Shown here piece by piece: positions 28,480 through 35,992 of a DNA stretch of 64,000 nucleotides. The notes below the pieces were generated by a model. The model had not been told where the DNA came from, made no database searches, and was given only the letters and a program-made list of their open reading frames with translations. The stretch comes from Vicugna vicugna (lineage: Eukaryota): positions 1,635,523-1,699,522 of the forward strand of contig MU058463.1 of NCBI GenBank assembly GCA_013265495.1, read 5' to 3'. The position numbers were made by a program, and so were the translations under genes. Position 1 is the stretch's first letter; the number at the start of each line of letters is the position of its first letter.

Positions 28480-29330
28480 GCCTGGGCACAAGTGTCTCGG
28501 AAAAAGCAGTCACCGGGTGCAGGGGAAGCGGGAGGAGGCGTTTCTTTCACCTGCTCCGAGACTTGTCGGGCGGACGCAGGCGACGCGTTCCCGCCAGCCG
28601 TGCATGCCCCGGCTTTGGCCCCCAACTCCGTCCCCCCTTGGTAAAAGCTAGGGTACTGCACCTGGGTACCTCATTTCGCATTCAAACGGAATGTGTCCGA
28701 GGAGATGGTGGGAAAAGCCACCTATTCTTGCACTTACATTATAAATGTGTTTTTATTCACTGTGAACCAGCCGGCCGGAGGTACACTCTGGAAGGCAATC
28801 CCGCCTGCCCTCGTCGAGTCCAGGGGAAGAAAGCAGCCCAGCCCCGCGCCGGGTGGGCGCCCCCTGGTGGCCGGACGGTCCGTGAGCACAGCGGCGCCTG
28901 CGTTCACCCTAAGGCTCAAAGCACTGGGGCGTAGGGCGAACGGCGTGCGCCGGAGAGACCCCGTCTTCCCGCGTCCGCAGCCCCAGGGACGTCGAGGAGC
29001 AGACCCGACGTAACCTCCTCCACCCTCACCGGAGGGGTTGGGGGACGTAGGCCAGCGCCCGGAAATAACGCATGCCACTTCCCCTGTCACCTCTAGTTCC
29101 AAACCCCGGGTGAGGAGGGAGAGCGCTAGAGAAACATGGAGAAGGCAGGGCGAGAGCGCAATGCCGCCAGGAACGCGCCTGGGACGTTCTAGGAGAGCTC
29201 GGGAGAAGGCAGCGAATGCCAGGGTAGCTGTGAACGGATGTGGGCTGGAGCCGACCCTGGGGGAATCTAGCACCACGTTTTCCTAGCACTGTTTCAAGAA
29301 CTCTAACCCCAGCACGGCAAGCTCGCAGGT
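28480..29330. promoter_or_regulatory. Separate upstream CpG island
   Basis: CpG-dense ~850 bp block separated from the main island by an AT-rich gap (~29350-29900). Confidence 0.75.
28857..28872 (-). promoter_or_regulatory. CTCF core motif (consensus match)
   Basis: + strand GCGCCCCCTGGTGGCC; the reverse complement GGCCACCAGGGGGCGC matches the CTCF consensus. Confidence 0.75.
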
Positions 29331-30675
29331 GCTATTCTGGAGTTTTGACCGTACTTCCCTGTAAAGTAAAACCATTCTGGAAATCATTAGAATCCAATGT
29401 GAGGAGTATGTTGGAAGGGTGGTGTACATTTCCCACTAGTTCTCCCAGGTGCAAGGACATTTCTTACTTAATGAATGGCAGAGCAGTGCATAATGTGTGC
29501 ATTTTCTATCTTTTTATTTCTATTTTTCTAAGTAAGAAAATCCAGACCACCTTCAAAATGGACAATAGGATTTTCTTGAGAAATGTTCTACATGACAAGG
29601 ATAATCGGAAATGAAGGATGACGCTTCTGGTTAAGTGGAGGAGGAAATCTTCAATGAAACAGCGACCACCCCCCCCCCCGCTTTTCAGAAACCCATGATG
29701 TCTCCCTTAGTAATCGTGTATATGTGTATGACTGAATTAAGTAATTTTAAAAAGGCCTAGATTGTAGAATTTCCTTCGGCAATTGCGTCAAACAAAAGAG
29801 TAAGAAAGATCTTCAAAAAGTCTCCATCTGTGGCTAACTTCCTCTTTTAAAATAAAATCTAATATAAAATCGAAAAACTACAAATCAACACAATCAAAAG
29901 CAAATCCCAGCAACAGCAGAAGGTGCTTGAAACCCGAATCTGCATTCCGTTCCTCTCTTTGGCGGCTCTGAGGTGGGGGAGGCGGTTTGTGCTGGTGCCT
30001 GGTGTATAATCGGGTTAATCCGGTAGACAAAGAATAAACCAATAGCCCTCCCACTTCACTTCCCGCTCCCCTTCTCCTCCCCCTTCTCCTCTCCCCGTCG
30101 CCCCCTCGAGGGGGGAACAGAAAAGCGGAGAGGTAGCTTGAAATGGATTCCGAATAAAGTCTGAAAATCTGCAACTTGTTTTTAATGCTAACACTGCCTG
30201 CCCGGATTAGTTTTAAATGTTGGTTCCCTTATCCTAGTTGCTAGGAGAAATTGCCCTAAAATCAGTCCGAGCTACCGCTCGTCCTCATGGCCTCTGGAGA
30301 AACCTTAAAGTCAGTGTTTCCTTGAAACTAGGTAAACTGACCCCGCCGTGCCCAGCCGGCCTGCGGGCACCCCGCAGGACGGCGCCCGGGCGGCAGGACC
30401 GGCCTGGGGACGCGCGGGGCGGCGCGGTTGCCCTTTTGAATGCCTCCTGCGGCTCGGAGCGCTGGCGGGCGCTGGAGTGTGAGTGAATGTAGCCCCGCGG
30501 AGCCAATGAGCTGGGACCGGATGCGATATATCCTCTGGGACAACAACTGCTCTGTTCCGCCTCGGATCCACATGACGCCATTTACTGCTGCCGAGGCCGC
30601 CGCAGAGCTCCCTGCCTCCTCCGGAAAGGCGAGGGCGCAGGCCAACGGCAAGCCCCCCCAGCCGGGCCCCAGACC

Positions 30676-30720
30676 CTCCTGCTCCTCCTCCTCCTTCTCC
30701 TCCTCCTCCTCCTCCTCACC
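30676..30720. repeat. (CCT)n-rich pyrimidine tract
   Basis: CTCCTCCTCCTCCTTCTCCTCCTCCTCCTCCTCCTC inside the CpG island. Confidence 0.9.
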
Positions 30721-30899
30721 CACCGCCCCCGCCTCGGCCTCGCCCCCGTGCCTCCACAACGCCCAGTCTGCACCGCCAAGAGCTGCGCGCCGCAGCGCGA
30801 GCGGAGGAGAGGGGCCGGCGGAGCGCGCAGCGCCCAGGCCCCCGCGCCCGCCCGGCCCAGCCCGCTGCCTGTGCTCCGACCCTGCCGGGGCCATAGGAC

Positions 30900-31261
30900 T
30901 TGGCCATCTGGCTTTAGATTCTCTATAAGGCTGTTTTCTTTTCTCATTTGCTCATCTGCCAGGAAAAGAGACTCGCTGTTGGTGCTTCGGCCTCCAGTTC
31001 ATTGAGAAAAAAGAGGAAATACTCCGCGTGCGCTTCTAGAAGGGGGGTCGCCTCCAGCCCCAAAGCCCAAAGTGTTCATCGGCTGGACGCTTGACTCCGG
31101 ATTGTCTCCTCTCCTTTTCTCCCCCTGCCGATTGCTCTGAAGTTAGACTGAAGAAGAGTTTGGAAGGAAGAGAGGGAAAGTTCGCATCGGGGCTGGATTT
31201 ATTTGCACATCGCAGGAAGAACAGAATCCAACGGAGGGGTTGGTGCAAAGCCGCGAACACG
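30900..31261 (+). other. SPRY2: SPRY2 non-coding exon 1 (5'UTR); 5' end approximate
   Basis: Ends at donor CACG|GTGAGG (GT 31262-31263). The sequence GGATTTATTTGCACATCGCAG...GGTGCAAAGCCGCG resembles the mammalian SPRY2 5'UTR as recalled. The TSS cannot be fixed from sequence (about 30550-30950). Confidence 0.8.
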
Positions 31262-34171
31262 GTGAGGCGGGTTTGGCTGGCTTTTCCCCTCCTTGCGCGC
31301 CGTGGCCGGCGTGTTGTGGGCAACATGGAGTAGATGCAGCCAGACTGAGAGTGGGGTCTGTCTCTCCTCCCGCCTGCCTTTCTCTAACCCCTCAGTTTCC
31401 CCGCGGGATCCCAGGAGCAGCCCAGAAATGTGTCTTGCCTCCGGCTTGGCCTGCCTCCACGGGGGCTGCGATGCGCGCCGGTGCAGTGTCCCCGGCCCCA
31501 GGACCCCATGTGCCTGTGCTCTGGGGGTTTGGGGTGGTGGTCGGCTAGCCCCAGGTCAGCTCCCGGCGGTGCACTGGACGCGAACTGGGCGCTGAGAGCG
31601 GGAGAGGGAGGGAAAACTTTGTGTTTCCCAGGTCGCCTTTGCAGGCGCCCGCGTTTCTAACCTGCTCCTCTCTTGGGGAAGGCAAGTCCTGGGAGAGGCT
31701 ATCCCGAGGCATGGGCGCCGCCAGGACCAGGGGAGCGCGGGTCGCTCGCCTCACGGGGGCAGCGAGACCCCGCTGGTGAAAAAAGGACGGAGTGCCGGGT
31801 GGGGGGAGCCCCCGCCTCTGCACGGTGTGGACAGAGGGACAGAGGGAGCACGGAGCTGGTGAGAGCGTCGCCCTGCCTGGCGCCGCGTCTCTGCGGTTCG
31901 GAAGTGCAGCTTTCTCTTTTTTCCGTTCGCCTTGGTCTGCCTGTGTCACGCTTTTTTTATTTTTGGGAGATTGGGTTGACCCAGCACAGGAAGTCGTCAA
32001 GCGGTCGTGATCATTTTCCATTACCTGAAAATAGGTGGAAAAAGAAGCTAGGTTTTTTTTTTCTTTGATGGACTGATCTACTTTTTTGTTGTTGCTGCCT
32101 GTTTTTTTAATTTGGAATCGTATGCGTTTTTATAAAGCGCTTTCTGTGTTGGTTTGCCCCACCCTTGTGCTTGTGTTGAAGTCCTTTTCCCCTAATCTTT
32201 AGTCTGATCACACACTGTTCTTAATAGGGGTTTCAAAGCACTTTCAAAGCTGGCGGGGGTTCGAGGGGAAATGGGGGCGCTGCGAAGGAGGCCAGGGATC
32301 AGCTGAAATCACTTTTTAAAGCCCCTCTTTCCTCTAATGATGCTACTTCCAACTGCAAGCAAATCTGCGGGGAAAGTTTCCAGCCCAGGGATCGGGTCTT
32401 GGCGTTCCTGGCTGTGCAGTGGGGCCCTGGAAAGTTCTTTTAAAAGTAGTGTTTCTTTGACTTCAAGAAATATACGCACGCGCGCGCGTGTGTGTGTGTA
32501 TATATATATTTAATATATAGGCGTGTGCACATTGCAGGCAGTGCCCCTTGGGTCAGCGCAGGGTGGAGTCGCCCGGTGTGCATGAGTTAGACCTCCGTCT
32601 CCGGGCTGTGTGTCTAAGGCAGGGCTTTCTTCCACGCTGCGTCGGGACTGGAAACCAGTGCCCGACGTTCAGTGCCTTGGCTGGAACGTCCCGTGGTGGG
32701 CTGCGTGACCTCTGCCTGAGGGTGGAGTGGCTCGCTCTCTTGGAGTTGGGAGGCAGTTCTCTGGGGTGGGGGAGATTCCAGCCGGGAAGGGAGGGAGGGA
32801 GAGAGAAGCGTGCTCTAGCATTTCAGGGCACGTCCGCTTCCCAGGCGCCCGCGCCCCTCGCCTGTCTGTCTCGGAATTGTGCGCAGGGGGGTTAGCTTGG
32901 CCTCTGGCCTGTGCCGGTCCTCCCGGAGCAAAGTCCCCTGGGGCTCCAACTGTATCCCACCTGCTGGGGACGGTGTTGGGGCGCAGATAAAGAGCCGATA
33001 AATGGAGTGAAAGCAAAGAGCAATGCTGTCCTGTCTGCCTTTCTGTTAGAGCAGAGATCTGGTTTCCAGCTCTGCTTTTTTTCCTCATTGGAATACGTAT
33101 GTTAACCTGCCTGTGTCTCTTTTCTGAAAACTGGAGACTGGCTGCAGGTCCACCTTTGCGCATTTTTAGTCATTGTAGACTTGGCAAAGGGATGGTAGTT
33201 TCAGAATTCACAGAGAGATGACAATTTAAACTGTTCCTTGTCAGGATGATAGATTTGAGATGTGACACTTGAATTTTTAAAACACTTTCTATTACCACCG
33301 ATCAGTTTATGTTCTCAATTACTAGGTTTTTGGAAACGGGCAAAGCAGTTAAGATTCTGACATAATTTATTTCTAAAACAGGGAGAAAAGAATTTTCTGG
33401 GCTATCAGGTTGAAAAATATGTGATTCTTAAGTTGTTAAGTTGAAGAAAATTAGTTCCTGTCTTTTTGTTGCTCATTGTGTAAGTTGGCTTGATTGTCTT
33501 CCTGGCATCTAATGGGATTTGAATTGATGTCTTTAATTCTATAACTTTGTGCTACCATATAGTTAATGATAATGCATGATTGTTATATAAAATGTATAAG
33601 TATTCCTTGGGGGAAATACATTTTGCACATCATATTCATTCTATGGAGTTTCATAAAGTTACAGAATACTAGATAAATCATAGTTCAAGATATTTGATAT
33701 AAAAGCAGACTGAAAGTAAAAGCTAAGAATTTCTAGGCTGTATTTATTGATACTTAAGGCAAAAATGACCATGATCAATTTAAACCTATTTCAAAATTTG
33801 AAAAGGTATTCAGCTTTTGAAAATGTCAGTTGGCAGTGTTATATTCCAACATTACTTTCCCGCAATTTTTACACTGAACCTGAACCTTGCAAATTTTATG
33901 CTTGTTTGAATAAGGAATTGTTACGTGATTGGAACAAAGATCGGCTTTGTGTCACTACACATCACAGGATTAAATAATTGTCAGTACCTAGTCATAATTT
34001 TTACTTTTTGGCACAGGCATTGATCAGATGGCTATTCTAATACCCTCCATAGCCACTCCATTTCAGGTCCTGTTTCTCTAGGGGAAGTGGGAAGTGAAGA
34101 GTTAACTCAGGTAGGTGGAGAGTGGGAAGTATCCTGGAGTGTAAATCGTCTCTTTCCTCTTGGTTCCCCAG
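31262..34171 (+). other. SPRY2: SPRY2 intron 1 (GT-AG, 2910 bp)
   Basis: Donor GTGAGG at 31262; acceptor TCTCTTTCCTCTTGGTTCCCCAG ending at 34171. The spliced junction reads ...GAACACG|GAATTCAGATGTG..., 51 nt before the ATG. Confidence 0.88.
32470..32509. repeat. Compound (CG)n(TG)n(TA)n alternating purine-pyrimidine tract
   Basis: ATATACGCACGCGCGCGCGTGTGTGTGTGTATATATATAT. Confidence 0.9.
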
Positions 34172-34222
34172 GAATTCAGATGTGTTCTAAGCCTGCTGGA
34201 GTGACCACACTTCCAAGACCTG

Positions 34223-35170
34223 ATGGAGGCCAGAGCTCAGAGTGGCAGCGGGTCGCAGCCCTTGCTGCAGGCACCCCGTGACGGTGGCAGGCAGCGAGGG
34301 GAGCCCGACCCCAGAGACGCCCTCACCCAGCAGGTACATGTGTTGTCTCTGGACCAGATCAGAGCCATCCGAAACACCAATGAGTACACAGAGGGGCCGA
34401 CCGTGGTCCCCAGACCTGGGCTCAAGCCTGCTCCTCGTCCCTCCGCTCAGCACAAACATGAGAGACTCCACGGTCTGCCCGAGCACCGCCAGCCTCCCAG
34501 GCTCCAGCCCTCGCAGGCCCTTGCTTCTGCGCGGGCCCCGCTGTCCAGGTCCATCAGCACGGTCAGCTCGGGGTCTCGGAGCAGTACCAGGACAAGCACC
34601 AGCAGCAGTTCCTCTGAACAGAGGCTGTTAGGCTCATCCTTCTCCTCCGGGCCTGTTGCTGACGGGATAATCCGGGTGCAGCCCAAATCAGAGCTCAAGC
34701 CAGGTGAGCTTAAGCCGCTGAGCAAGGAAGATTTGGGGCTGCACGCCTACAGGTGTGAGGACTGCGGCAAGTGCAAGTGTAAGGAGTGCACGTACCCGAG
34801 GCCTCTGCCGTCAGACTGGATCTGCGACAAGCAGTGCCTCTGCTCGGCCCAGAACGTGATTGACTATGGGACCTGTGTGTGCTGTGTGAAAGGTCTCTTC
34901 TATCACTGTTCTAACGATGACGAGGACAACTGTGCTGACAACCCGTGTTCCTGTAGCCAGTCTCACTGTTGTACACGTTGGTCGGCCATGGGGGTCATGT
35001 CCCTCTTTTTGCCTTGTTTATGGTGTTACCTTCCAGCCAAGGGTTGCCTTAAATTGTGCCAGGGGTGTTACGACCGGGTGAACAGGCCTGGATGCCGCTG
35101 TAAAAATTCAAACACAGTTTGCTGCAAAGTTCCCACTGTCCCACCCAGGAACTTTGAAAAACCGACATAG
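34223..35170 (+). CDS. SPRY2: Protein sprouty homolog 2 (315 aa), single coding exon
   Basis: Intact ATG..TAG ORF. It carries the NEYTEGP (Tyr55, c-Cbl-binding) motif, a Ser-rich region, the Cys-rich Sprouty domain ([10 protein letters not shown]...WSAMG...LPCLWCYLP) and the C-terminal PTVPPR Grb2-SH3 motif typical of Sprouty2. It is nearly identical to human SPRY2 as recalled. Confidence 0.99.
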   Translation: MEARAQSGSGSQPLLQAPRDGGRQRGEPDPRDALTQQVHVLSLDQIRAIRNTNEYTEGPTVVPRPGLKPAPRPSAQHKHERLHGLPEHRQPPRLQPSQALASARAPLSRSISTVSSGSRSSTRTSTSSSSSEQRLLGSSFSSGPVADGIIRVQPKSELKPGELKPLSKEDLGLHAYRCEDCGKCKCKECTYPRPLPSDWICDKQCLCSAQNVIDYGTCVCCVKGLFYHCSNDDEDNCADNPCSCSQSHCCTRWSAMGVMSLFLPCLWCYLPAKGCLKLCQGCYDRVNRPGCRCKNSNTVCCKVPTVPPRNFEKPT

Positions 35171-35960
35171 CATCATTAATCAGGAATATTGCAGTAAGAA
35201 GAATTGTTCCTTTTTTTTTTAACACACACATATGCAACCGACTAAACAGTTATAATCTTGGCACTGTTAATAGAGGGTTGAGATATCCTTTGGTGTTTGC
35301 AGTGAAATGCTTTTTGTCCATGTGCCATTTTAACTGATATGCTTGTTAGAACTCAGCTAATGGAGCTCAGTGTGGAGTACAGATCTTGGCGACTTACGCG
35401 TTGCATTAGCTAAAGCAACAGACACTCCTAAGCAAAGTTTTTGTTTGTGAATAGTACTTGCAAAATTTGTAAATTAGCAAATGACTCCCCCCAGCCCCCC
35501 GTTGTTTTCTCCAGAGATAATGTGCTATATTTTTGTACATACAATAATATTTGCAACTGTGAAAAACAAGTTGTGCCACACTACGTGGCACAGTCACAAA
35601 ATATTATACTAATATGTTGTACATTCGGAAGAATGTGAATCAATCAGTATGTTTTTAGATTGTATTTTGCCTTACAGAAAGCCTTTATTGTAAGACTCTG
35701 ATTTCCCTTTGGACTTCATGTATATTGTACAGTTACAGTAAAATTCAACCTTTATTTTCTAATTTTTTCAACATATTGTTTAGTGTAAAGAATATTTATT
35801 TGAAGTTTTATTATTTTATAAAAAAGAATATTTATTTTAAGAGGCATCTTACAAATTTAGCCCCTTTTATGAGGATGTGGTAGTTGCTGCAAATAAGGGG
35901 TTACAGATGCATATGTTCAATATAAAATAGAAAATATATTAACGTTTGAAATTAAACTGA
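35171..35960 (+). other. SPRY2: SPRY2 3'UTR (AU-rich)
   Basis: Follows the stop codon. Contains TGTACATA (PUM element, 35534-35541), ACTGTGAA (miR-27 8mer, 35556-35563), AATGTGAA (miR-23 8mer, 35632-35639), ACACTCC (miR-122 7mer, 35422-35428) and TATTTAT AU-rich elements. Confidence 0.85.
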
Positions 35961-35992
35961 GCTGTATTGTCTTATTTTACCTTTTGTTTTTC
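35919..35992 (+). terminator. SPRY2: SPRY2 polyadenylation region
   Basis: AATATA/TATAAA at 35919-35926 and ATTAAA at 35951-35956, followed by a GU/U-rich tract (TGTATTGTCTTATTTTACCTTTTGTTTTT). Confidence 0.65.

Larger units (their letters stand above)
29950..33000. promoter_or_regulatory. CpG island covering the SPRY2 promoter, exon 1 and 5' intron
   Basis: Very GC- and CpG-rich against an AT-rich background. Motifs: CCAAT box (~30503), ETS-like ACCGGATG (30516-30523) and CCGGAAA (30621-30627), CRE half-site TGACG with YY1-like CGCCATTT (30573-30583), TATA-like TATAAG (30924-30929). Confidence 0.9.

Noticed and set aside
30572..30928. ATG-initiated 118-codon ORF (MTPFTAAE...) as a long uORF
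   Set aside because: Depends on a TSS upstream of 30572 that cannot be established; runs through the (CCT)n tract and is low complexity.
28422..33163. Many overlapping 60-188 aa ORFs on both strands in the CpG islands
   Set aside because: Expected from stop-codon scarcity in GC-rich DNA; low-complexity Pro/Ala/Arg/Gly translations with no recognisable domain.
34242..34631. 129-aa alternative-frame ORF inside SPRY2
   Set aside because: GTG start; explained as a shadow of a GC-rich CDS.
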